Positions 52,715-64,000 of a stretch of 64,000 bases of DNA are shown here, in pieces. The stretch spans positions 37,944,001-38,008,000 of the forward strand of contig OX597829.1 of assembly GCA_951406725.2 (NCBI GenBank), written 5' to 3'. The translations under genes and the position numbers were made by a program. Under the pieces are notes generated by a model. The model saw nothing but the letters and a program-made list of their open reading frames with translations, searched no databases and was not told the origin of the DNA. The DNA is from Octopus vulgaris. Taxonomy: Eukaryota. Numbering within the stretch: the stretch's first letter is position 1; each line of letters opens with the position of its first letter.

Positions 52715-53885
52715 CAGGGGTTGGACAAAATAATGGAAACACCTAGCATCATAATTTTGAAATATCTATAAAACCGTTAAAAGCTTGTTTATTTTTATGT
52801 TTTGTGATTTATTGTTAGTCTTGCTTAATATGTTTTGCTAAACTTGCTGTTTCTTTTCAGATATCATCAGAAAAAGGTAATTAAAATTCATTAAAATGAA
52901 TTCATTAAAGTGTATCAAGAAGTACTCTCTCGAAAGTAATGACAGCCTTTGAGAAAGAGGGAAAACCTCCTCGTCAAAACAAAACTCTGGAAGAAAACCA
53001 AAACTTTCAGGTAGGGACTGACGGGCTCTTATGTGAATTGTTAGAAAGGATCACAAAAGTACAGCTCCCAAATTACTGCAGAGCTTAATGAACATCTCAA
53101 GAACCCAGTTTCCACAAAATCTGTTTGCCAGGAGCTGCACAAAGCCGGATTTCATGGGAGGGCTGCAATCAGAAAACCAATACTTTCAAAAACAAATATT
53201 GCAAAGCATTTAGAATGGAGTAAAAACCTACAGTATTGGTCCCTAGAGCAGTGGAAGAATGTTATTTTCTCGGACAAGTCATCCTTTACCTTATTTCTGA
53301 CCACTGGTTGAGTGTACGTGTGGAGATAGCCAAAAGAAGCATTTGACCCAGACTACCTTTTTCCAACTGTTAAACATGATGTGGGGGCTATATCTTGGAA
53401 ATCTGCCAGCCCAGTGGTTTCCCTTCATAGCAGAATTAATAGTCAAGACTATTTAAGCATTTCATTTGATCAAATTCATCCTATGTTTGTGGAACTGTCT
53501 CTGGAGGGAAACGCAATCTTTCAGGATGATAATGCACCAATTCACACAGCTAAAGTTGTTTACTGAATGGCATAAGGAACATTCTAGTGAAGTTGAACAT
53601 CTTATCTGGCCACCACAGTCCTCAGATCTCAATATTATTGAACATTTGTGGTGCATTTTAGAAAAACAAGTAAGGAGTCGATAACCTCCACCATCATCAC
53701 TACAAGAACTGGAGACTGTTTTAGCTGAAGAACGGACAAAAATTCCTTTGGAAACAATTCAAACTTGGTATGAGTCCATATCTTGTAGAATTCAAGCTGT
53801 AATTACTGCCAAACATGGTCCTACCCTATATTAAAAATAAATTTGTTTGAAATTTTAAGGTGCTTCTGTTATTTTGTCCAACCTG
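52715..53885 (+). mobile_element. Tc1-like transposon, near full length, decayed
   Basis: TIRs CAGGGGTTGGACAAAATAATGGAAACACCT; GRKPKLS, IFSDKS, FQDDNAPIH, WPPQSSDLNIIEHLW. Confidence 0.9.
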
Positions 53886-54284
53886 TATATGTATATGTCA
53901 TCATTTAACATCCATGCTGGTATGAGTTGGATGGTTTGACAGGAGCTGGCAAGGCTGAGAGACACACCAGATTCCATTGCCTGTTTTGGCTTGGTCTCTA
54001 CAGCTGGATACCCTTTCTAATGCCAACCACTTTACAGAGAGTACTGAGTGCTTTTTATGTGGCACCAGCACCAATGCTTTTTAGAAGGTATGAAAGGTGA
54101 ATATATTTAACCACTCATCTTTAGGATTACAGCCATTTCACAGCCTTCTTCATAGTTAAATAAATTCACCTCTAATATCTCTTGTCTTTTTATGGCTTAT
54201 ATACTCTTCACAAAATAATCTTATTGATCAGATCTCCTAGATTTCAACTGCATGGAATTCTGCATTATACTCCTTAGTATTGGA

Positions 54285-54404
<120 letters not shown>

Positions 54405-54475
54405 CAATAATTCAAATTGCAGATTAACTAAGTTGAAGGCATGATCCAATTACATTAACGAGTAACAATACGTAC

Positions 54476-54686
54476 TCTGAATAAATGGTTTTTCAGGAAT
54501 TGACCCCCGCAGGCTGTTTCCGTCAGCTGAAGTCTGTGAAAAAACGTTTGAGGCAATACCAGGATTTGTTAAAGAAGCTCTGCGTTCTGAACCACTATCC
54601 CATTTGATGTTTGCCTTAGACTTTGGAGAACTTGACAATGATTTTTCTGTATCACTGGAACCAAACATACTTTTCCATTCAGCATT
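54476..54686 (-). CDS. PIK3R4: PIK3R4 exon (NAEWKSMFGS...KPFIQ)
   Basis: 211 nt, CAG/GTACGT; conserved EWKSMFG. Confidence 0.9.
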
Positions 54687-55238
54687 CTGAAAAGAAAAAT
54701 ATTATTATTGAGTGAGAAAGCAGTGCATGTCATCAGAGTGGCACTGGGGTACAAATATGCAAAGCCCAATATACCCATCATGACTACAGAAAAAGCTACA
54801 CCAGACAAAAAAAATCACAGCCATATGTGCATGATATGGTGACCTCATTTAAAAACAAACAGTGCTTGCAGGTGGGGGCCTAGTTAGTCTTTGGGTCAAG
54901 TAGTCCAGCCTGCTCAAAAGGACCCAGAATAAGGTTTGTTTAAAGATGATGAGTGAGAAACAACCATGTTTCCAGGGGTGAATTATTCAAACTCCAAAGA
55001 ATCCCTCTCAGCACATAGCTATGATGCTCCCCAACTACTTCGGCTCATGATCAGAGATGCACATATTGTGAGCCACTAAGGGACATGCTCAACTGGTTAA
55101 GGTTGAGTAACTGGCAAGCAAATTTGTGGTATTGAGCAGAATATTAGCTGATGCCCATTATTATTAATAATAGTTTTAATAGTAGCATGTACACAAAAAT
55201 CACACACACACACAGACACACAGACCCACACACACACA

Positions 55239-55890
55239 TTAACCCTTTGACTGTGGAAATCAGATATATCCACTCAAAAGTTCTCCACCCTTAACTGGTA
55301 AAAGCTTTAAGAGTAATGAAATCGAAGTATGTCATACTCTTTACTCTTTTATTTGTTTCAGTCATTTGACTGCGGCCATGCTGGAGCACCGCCTTTAGTC
55401 GAGCAACTCGACCCCGGGACTTATTCTTTGTAAGCCCAGTACTTATTCTATCGGTCTCTTTTGCCGAACCGCTAAGTAACGGGGACATAAACACACCAGC
55501 ATCGGTTATCAAGCAATGCTTGGGGGACAAACACAGACACACAAACATACACACACACATATATATATACATATATACGACGGGCTTCTTTCAGTTTCCG
55601 TCTACCAAATCCACTCACAAGGCTTTGGTCGGCCCGAGGCTATAGTAGAAGACACTTGCCCAAGGTGCCCCGCAGTGGGACTGAACCCGGAACCATGTGG
55701 TTGGTAAACAAGCTACTTACCACACAGCCACTCCTGCGCATGTCATGTTTGAAACTATTTTTTTTTTTTTAAGGTTTGCCAAGTTTATTGAGGCATGACT
55801 TGCAGAAAATACCAATTCTAGTTTTTTGGTAGATATTTAACATCATTACTGGAATAACCATGGAATTTTATTTCACAGTTAAAGGATTAA
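55239..55890. mobile_element. TTAA-flanked TIR element hosting a family A SINE
   Basis: TTAA-CCCTTTGACTGTGGAAAT ... ATTTCACAGTTAAAGGA-TTAA. Confidence 0.65.
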
Positions 55891-56519
55891 TTTGGCTACA
55901 AACTAAGCTACTTATCTGATAACAGCCAACAGATTACCTCTCTTATGACATCGTCATGTGCAGAAACTATCTTTTTACATACCACTTGAGAATTGATTCG
56001 TCTTTTATCATCGTTTAACGACCGCTTTCCCTGCAGATCCAAAAAATGGGATGTATGTGACACTACACACAAAATAATAAATTTTTTTTGCTTGAAAATA
56101 TTAACAGCAAATTCCTCTGAATTTTTTCAGAGCAGCAAAGAAAGTCTCATGGTGTTTGTTTACATTGACCTTGGAATATCAGAAAATACTAATGAGTTTT
56201 CTGGGTAACAATGTCTGTGGTCACAACTCACACTGCTGTGACGTGTGTGACAAAAATGGATATCAATACCTGGTCAAAGATGAACCATTTCAAAACACCT
56301 TTGCAGGTATATAGTAATTCTTCAGGACATTTTAAAACAATTTTAAAAACCTGTTTTGGTTCAACTTTAATGAGAGTTGATATGGTTTGTTAAGATAGTT
56401 TTTTTTTTTTTTATGTTAGGAAAAAAAGAAAGCAAACTAATATAGAAGATAGAAAAAATAATAAAAAAAGACTTTAAAAATGTGATTAATATAAAAGATA
56501 AAATTTTTGTAATAGTTAC

Positions 56520-56568
56520 CATAGCAACTGCTGAATTATCTAATTGGGGACTTTTTTTTCTTCGTGAT
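56520..56568 (-). CDS. PIK3R4: PIK3R4 exon (SRRKKSPQLDNSAVAM)
   Basis: 49 nt, TAG/GTAACT; its phase 2/0 exactly bridges the flanking exons. Confidence 0.75.
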
Positions 56569-57762
56569 CTATAGTTGAATAGAGAAAATAACAACATCAA
56601 ATATTATGCGTATAATTAATAAAACAACTTTAATTAAAAATGTTGAGAAACTTAAAATAGAGTGTAAATATCTGAATATTGAATAAAATATCTGATAACA
56701 AGGATAAACTATAGATATTATATTGACAGAATATTTAGCAATTATATATCTGATAGCTTGGTGCCTTGCTGTACTCAAGAAGACCCATACTCTGCAGCGG
56801 AAGTATTAAGACCAGTCCCCCTGGTGGTGAGGATTGATCTGCAAGAGTCCTGCTCCGGTGCCACATAAAAGCACCTGTGCAGTACTATGTAGAAGTGCCT
56901 GTGTGGCACCATATGAAAGCACCCAGCACATTTTGTAAAGTGTTTGGTGTTAGGAAGGGCATCCAGCAGTGGAAACTATGCAAAACCAGACTGGAGTCTG
57001 GTGCATCTCCTCAGCTTACCAGCTCTGGTCAAACCGCCCAACCCATGCCAACATGGACAATGGACGTTAAATGATGATGATGGTTATGATGTATGGCAAG
57101 TGACAAGACCTGTAACTCAATGGCTAACAGCGACACAGAATAAGTTAAATTTAGTATTACAAGTTGTTGTTTTTTTAACAGTACTCACAATACTCAGAAA
57201 AGTGTCATCTGCTGCCTGGTGGTGTCTATTTACAGCTAAGTAGACTCAGTTAATTGACAGTTAAATGTCCTGATTACAAACAATACATTGTCAGGATATG
57301 AACTCTTGATCTTTGGTCTGATTGCTGAGTACCATAGCTGCACATGAATTTATGTTCCTAGCCATATATAGGTAGGATACATAGTAAATATGTCAAGAAA
57401 AAATATACAAGATTTGATATATAAAATATATATAGTAAGTATCTGAGAGTCACTTTATACAAAGGATATTCAAACAACAAACTTAACATGACCAATTATC
57501 TCATCTCCATCATATTATTTTCAGCATTAGCATTTTTCATTATGGCCATAACATTTGCTAATTCCCCTCCAGGGCCTTCATTTAACAATTGTTATATTAT
57601 TAAAACTTGAAATAGAAAATGAGGTGGCCAGAATATGAACAAAATATTGGATGGGAGAGAACAGGATAAGGGTACAGATTAGAGGTATGGAGAAAAAGGT
57701 AGCAGATTGAACAATATACCTAATAATCCAAAAAACGAAAAAGAACTAAAAATAATAGATAC

Positions 57763-57912
57763 CTAGCAGGGGAATTTGGTGTTTCTGTTCGGGTATCTTT
57801 AGGTTTGAAGAGATCAGCATGTCTTCGTGTAAATGTGTTACCTAGATGACGCAGGTTCAATTTTCCTCGTGAGCAGTCATCATCTATTTCAGCAAATACT
57901 GCTTCAACAGAA
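57763..57912 (-). CDS. PIK3R4: PIK3R4 exon (SVEAVFAEID...PNSPA)
   Basis: 150 nt open frame, TAG/GTATCT, phase 2/2. Confidence 0.85.
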
Positions 57913-59433
57913 CTACAAATAAAACAAACGGTGATATTTAATTGATATATGTTTAATGATTATTTTAAAGAAACAACTCCCTATAAACCTTTAAGAACAA
58001 TAGAACTGATGGCAAGTGAACAGACACAACTTGGTGCAAGCAGTAAGAAACTCTAGGGAGAGCTGTACAGCAGAAAATCTTCAGAGAAGATGCTCCCTCT
58101 CTTCTCCCTTAAGCAAGTGTTTTAGGCTCTTAACTCCTTATACTCTAAGGTGGTCAGGCACATCCAGGTCATGAGCCCCTGGATACTGTGCTGCTGCCAC
58201 ATGCAGTGCTATTGTCTACAATGTAACCCTCTTGGATGGCTAAGGTGCCACTGATTCATATACATATATGTTTGTTCCTCTGTATATATGTGTGTGACCT
58301 GAAGCCAATGGCACCTGTGCCGGTGGCATGTACATAAAAAGCACCCACTACACTCTCGGAGTGGTTGGTGTCAGGGAGGGCATCCAGCTGTAGAAACTCT
58401 GCCAGATCAAGATTGGAGCCTGGTGCAGCCATCTGGTTTGCCAGCCCCCAGTCAAAATCGTCCAACCCATGCTAGCATGGAAAGCGGACGTTAAATGATG
58501 ATGATGAATCAAAAGACATCAGAATTTAGGATAAAGAACAACAAAAACAAGTAAAATAGTAAACATTCACAACTGTGTGGTGAAGTTCACTTGGCAACCA
58601 TGTGGCCCTGGCTTTGATCCCCCAAAACATGGCATCTTAGGAAAGTGTGTTTATCGGTAGTGCCAGGTTGACCAATATTTGTGAGTGAAAGCTAGCAGAA
58701 GGAAACTGTATGGAGAGAGCCTTATGCATGTATGAGCTTGTTGCATATTTATGCATGCTGTGTATATATGTTTCGGTGTTTATGTGTAAACTGGTGTTTC
58801 CAAAGGTAATTCAATAAAATAATAATCAATAAAAAAAATAATAATAAAACAGAAACAAGTACAAGGAGCAATATAATTGATTAAAGAAAAAAAAAACTTC
58901 GAAGACAGTGCTCCAGTATGGCTGCAGCCCAATGACTGAAAACTGGAGAAGAATAACAGAATATAAAGCAAACAAATATTTTTACGAAAGTAATATAAGT
59001 AATAGGCACAGGAGTAGCTGTGTGGTAAGTAGCTTGCTTACCAACCACATGGTTCCGGGTTCAGTCCCACTGCGTGGCACCTTGGGCAAGTGTCTTCTAC
59101 TATAGTCTCGGGACGAACAAAACCTTGTGAGTGGATTTGGTAGACGGAAACTGAAAGAAGCCCGTTGTATATATGTATATATATATATATATATGTGCGT
59201 GTGTGTTTGTGTGTCTGTGTTTGTCCCCCTAGCATTGCTTGACAACCGGTGCTGGTGTGTTTATGTCCCCGTCACTTGGCAGTTCGGCAAAAGAGACCGA
59301 TAGAATAAGTACTAGGCTTACAAAGAATAAGTCGTGGGGTCGAGTTGCTCGATTAAAGGCGGTGCTCCAGCATGGCCGCAGTCAAATGACTGAAACAAGT
59401 AAAAGAATAAAGAGTAAGTATAATTAAACTTAC

Positions 59434-59477
59434 CTGGACCGAGACCTGTTGAGTTTCAATATGAATTCTTTCATGGC
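59434..59477 (-). CDS. PIK3R4: PIK3R4 exon (AMKEFILKLNRSRS)
   Basis: 44 nt, TAG/GTAAGT, phase 0/2. Confidence 0.88.
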
Positions 59478-59597
59478 CTATGAAGGACATAAATATAAGA
59501 GACAAATTAATATAAAGAAATAGTTAGTGGTTGTGTGATTAAGGCAGAGCAGACTCTGAAAATCACAGCTTTCTATCTCATTACAGCTGGAAGTACA

Positions 59598-60045
59598 TAT
59601 GATGAGGTGCTGAAAAATCCCTGGCTTTAACCCTTTAGCATTCAAACCGGCCATATCCGGCCAAAATATTTAACCTATTTTATATTGAAACTGACCAGAG
59701 CTTGCCTCTTACCTCAGCCTTACCATGTCATTCTAAAATTAAAAAAAACCACATCATTGAAATCTATAAACTACAAGATAATGGATGACTAATTCATATC
59801 AATGTGAATAAATAAGCCTCACATTTGACAGAATAATCTGAACACTAAAGGGTTAAGGTTGTCGTGAAAGGACTGGTTGAAAGCCCAACCTTCTGAGTTC
59901 TTTTTACAGGGCTTAGAAAAACTGAAGGACTGCTGCAATAAATGTGTGAATCTGAGGGGAGAATATGTTGAGTAAAATCATAATCAACTGATCCTCCTGT
60001 ATTTTCTTTTACCCAAAGCCAGAGACTTTTCAACACCCCCTCATA
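59598..60045 (+). mobile_element. Mariner-derived MITE interrupted by a piggyBac-like MITE
   Basis: TIR GAGGTGCTGAAAAATCCCTGGCTTT / AAAGCCAGAGACTTTTCAACACCCCCTCATA; residual ...GEYVE* tail. Confidence 0.75.
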
Positions 60046-60998
60046 TTCATAGACAAAGAACATAATTTTGATTTACACTGACAAGCCTAACACAAAGTCC
60101 TGTTGTTGTTGCAGTGTAGTAGTTTGTGTACTTCAATGACCCTGTGTACTATGCCAGCTGAGTACAAGCTTCTGGTAGTCCTCCAATGCTATACAGGTCA
60201 AAGGATAGAGACCAAACTAATATTAGTACCTATTTCTTTACTGCCCACAAGAGGCTACACACAGAGGGGACAAACAAGGACAGACAAAGGGATTAAGTCG
60301 ATAACATCGACCCCAGTGCGTCACTGGTACTTAATTTATCGACCCCGAAAGGATGACAGGTAAAGTCGACCTCGGCAGAATTTGAACTCAGAACATAACG
60401 GCAGACGAAATACCACTAAGCATCTCGCCTGGCGTGCTAACGTTTCTGCCAGCTCGCCGCCCTAATATTAGTACCACAACCTACAGGTAAAAAGGGCTTT
60501 GTGTAGGGCCAACACACCTACCTAGAACAAGGCAAAGTAATTCAAAACCAACAAGACTTGGGAGAGGAAGACCTTAAAGAGAACCCTCAGTTAAGAAGAG
60601 TGGAGAAAACTTGCAGATGGTCTTTGTTCCATAGCGAGTGAAAAGCTTAAGAAAGTAACATTGACAGGTACAATATTGCACTCTAAGTTCTGGTTGCTAT
60701 CCTACAGTTTTCTTTTCAAACCTAGAAATATCATAGTTCCAGAGCCTCAGCCATCCACAAGAACAAAACCCTTGAGGTTGAATGGCTTTTTGGGCCCATC
60801 ACTTTCTCCTTTCTTTCAGGGTGGTGCATTTGCCATTTTGTCTGTTGGAACTGTAAAACATCTGCATGCTTTAGTATACTTTATGTCTCAAAAATATAGT
60901 AAACAACTGATGAATTGTTCAGTTACTGGAGAGAAATGTTTCTTAGAATTTTATATTTACATTGACTTTATATAAAAAATACATAAACTATTTAGTTC

Positions 60999-61419
60999 AG
61001 TTCTATATTTAAGAAATGAGGAATTATGTACATTATTTACATTTGACAGATATTTGTCCTCATCTTGTTGCTGATATACCCTCCAGCCTTCTTCAGGTGT
61101 CTTGGGGAAATTTCGAACCTGGGTTCTCATTCCTAAGGTATTTTTCGATGTTGTTGTTGTTGTTATTATTATTATTATTGTTCACTGCATAGTGGTTAAG
61201 AGCACAGGCTACTAACCCCAAGATTCCGAGAACGATTCTAGGCAGTGACCTGAATAATGATAATAATAACATCGAAAAATACCCTAGGAATGAGAACCCA
61301 GGTTAGAAATTTCTCCAAGACACTTGATGAAGGGTGGAGGGTATATCAGCCGAAACGTTGTGTTAATAACAAACAAGATGAGGACAAATATCCAACAAAT
61401 GTAAATAATGTACATAATG
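60999..61419 (+). mobile_element. tRNA-headed hammerhead element with inverted duplicated tail, 13-bp TSD
   Basis: TSD AACTATTTAGTTC at 60986 and 61420; tRNA-like head 61185-61250; HHR 61319-61364. Confidence 0.8.
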
Positions 61420-61649
61420 AACTATTTAGTTCTATTTCAAAGTTGCATGATTTGGGTTTGTAGAGAGTGAGAAAATTTGTTGAGTGAAAGTTCATTTACT
61501 AAATACTGAACTTACAAGAAAAGTAAAAAAAGAGAAACTAGGGAATATTAAATTCTAAACTGCCTAATGAAAATAAATTTTCTGATATGGATTTTAGAGT
61601 TAATTAAGAAACAGACTAAACATTCTAACAAACTTTAAGATGTACTTAC

Positions 61650-61706
61650 AAGCAATTTCTCTTCAGTTAGTTCACTCATTCCAAGAGAAAAGAGCTTCCG
61701 AAAAAT
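61650..61706 (-). CDS. PIK3R4: PIK3R4 exon (IFRKLFSLGMSELTEEKLL)
   Basis: 57 nt, AG/GTAAGT; resembles KKLLSQGMTEEEEDKLL. Confidence 0.9.
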
Positions 61707-62928
61707 CTGTAGAAGAATAAATATCAGATGCCATATTCATAATCTTTACAGCTCATCATTATAATTTGAATAATAAGGATCAGATAACATTTGTTGAAGT
61801 AGATTTTGTTTCTTGGTTAGATGCCCTTCATGTTGCCAACTTTCACCTCTTTCCAAGCAAGGTGTTATTCGCTTCTGAATTGACATGTCTTTGCAGAACA
61901 TTGGAAACAAATCACACTGCTTGTATGACAGTGACACTCACTTACAACTACCATGTAATATCAAGTCAAAGAGGCACACACACACACACAGACACACATT
62001 CACTCTCATAGACTCACACAGGGCTGGCTTCTCAGTTTTCGTGGCACTGCCACACCCTCTACCCAGATATACATAACGTCATCATCATTTTAATATCCGC
62101 TTTACCATGCTTGCATGGGTCATTAGGAGTTTATTTGAGGTAGATTTTCTACAGCCGGATGCTCTTCCTGTCACCAACACACACCGGTTTCCAAGCAAGT
62201 TGATATTTCCCCGAGGCCAGACATATTTTCATAAAATATTAGAAATGAACGACACTGCTTATATAAGAGTGACACAGAGATATAGGTAAACAAACATACA
62301 TACACACATATATGATGGCTGTCTACTCATTAGATGAGCCTGACCATCAGTGAGAGGTAGTGCCAGCAATGTCTGTGCAAGACTTTTAAGCCAAGTGTAA
62401 TATGCACAACACCACAATGACTCTCACTAGTAAAATCAAGGAACCCAGAAACAAGCAAAGTGCAAGACATCTAGGTCATGTGTGTGTGTGTGTGTGTGTG
62501 AGGTTTCTTTCAGTTTCCGTCTACCAAATCCACTCATAAGGCTTTGATCAGCTTGAGGCTAAAGTAGAAGACACTTGTCCAAAGTGCCATGCAGTGGGAC
62601 TGAACTTGGAACCATGTGGTTGGGAAGCAACCTTCTTACAACACTGTCATTAGCTGGGATCATCAACCTACTTCTATAATAATTCTTCTTCACTACAAAA
62701 AAAGTTCTTCAATTTGAGAATTGAGAAGATAATAATGACAACTCATAGGAAAGAAGGATAGCAAATTGTAAAACCATTTGCACCAATAAATAAATCATTT
62801 CCCCTGTAAACACAGAAAATAGATCTATTTATTAGGGGGCAAAAAAACAGCAACAACAACAACAAAAAATGCAAAAAAAAATGTGTGTTTTGTGTTTATC
62901 ACAACAATCAGATAATAGAAATACTTAC

Positions 62929-63105
62929 GGGAGACATATTATCATCTAAGTCAGGATATGGTGATTTATGGCCCCGCCTCATTGTTTTACGATTCTCACT
63001 GCCTTTCAATAAAACATCGTATATACCGTCGACATTAGGTGATCGAACGATATAGTCAAACACAGCCCGGGGTACTGATTCACCAACACAATTTAACAGA
63101 ATATG
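62929..63105 (-). CDS. PIK3R4: PIK3R4 exon (HILLNCVGESVPRAVFDY...DDNMSP)
   Basis: 177 nt, CAG acceptor, GTAAGT donor, phase 0/0; resembles vertebrate EPVSRSIFDY. Confidence 0.9.
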
Positions 63106-64000
63106 CTGCAAGAAATAGTAGGGAGAAGATAAAAGAAAAAAGGGTATACAAAATAAGTTATGCTTAAATAAAATGGCTAAATATGGTTAGTTACAGAATG
63201 AGGAAATACTCAGAAAAATAGTCCAAGAATTATAAATAGATTCAATTAGAATTTGAAATAAGATGTTCTTTGAGAGTTTATATGAGATGTTATAATTTAA
63301 ATCATGCTTAATTGTGAGACAGAACTTAGAAACAGGATACTGCATCATATGTGCACATGCAATTTGCAACCAATACACAAAAGAGCACTTATCTAGCATA
63401 ACGTAGCAATTACAAATTATTGTTATTGAAAATAATCTCAAAGCCAACTGTTTTCTGTTAATTAGAAAACATAACAGCTGTAACAAGTTTACTGCTGACT
63501 TTTAAAAATCAGCCAGTGTCGCCCCAACTGGCCGCTGTGCCGGTGGCACGTAAAAAGCACCATCCGATCGTGGCCATTTGCCAGCCTCGTCTGGCACCTG
63601 CGCCGGTGGCACGTAAAAAGCACCCACTACACTCACGGAGTGGTTGGCATTAGGAAGGGTATCCAGCCGTAGAAACATTGCCAGATCAGACTGGGCCTGG
63701 TGCAGCCTTCTGGCTTCCCAGACCCCAGTTGAACCGTCCAACCCATGCTAGCATGGAAAGCGGACACTAAATGATGATGATGAGGATAATGATGATGTGT
63801 TACTATAATAGTTATCATTTAATTTCCCCACAGTTGCAGGGTGTTGGTACTGATAATAGATATAAGAGATATTAAAGTGAAGTATAGCAGAAGAGGTGAG
63901 AGATAACTGGAGGCATAGAAAGGAGGTAATTGGTGAACATAATGTAAGACAGGATGATAATGAGAACGCAGGATGGAATCTCAGACAGGGTGGTATCAAT

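Overview
AT-rich, repeat-dense eukaryotic DNA. The repeat landscape suggests an octopus or other coleoid cephalopod (inference). The only host gene I can support is the 3' part of PIK3R4/VPS15 on the minus strand: 15 GT-AG coding exons from 63105 to the stop at 28851, with consistent phases, ending in the WD40 propeller. The rest is microsatellites, four tRNA-derived SINE families, RTE, CR1 and Tx1 LINE fragments, Tc1, mariner, Tc2 and piggyBac-like DNA elements, two non-autonomous Helitrons and a U6 pseudogene. The most striking signal is a set of about 10 minimal type-I hammerhead ribozyme (HHR) motifs. They sit in short non-coding elements, several with the inverted-duplication architecture of Penelope-like elements (PLEs), and one lies in a PLE GIY-YIG relic. 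Two stand out: a tRNA-headed (SINE-like) element with an HHR tail, and an HHR with a natural G3-C8 swap in the catalytic core. All calls were made by eye, and repeat boundaries are approximate.
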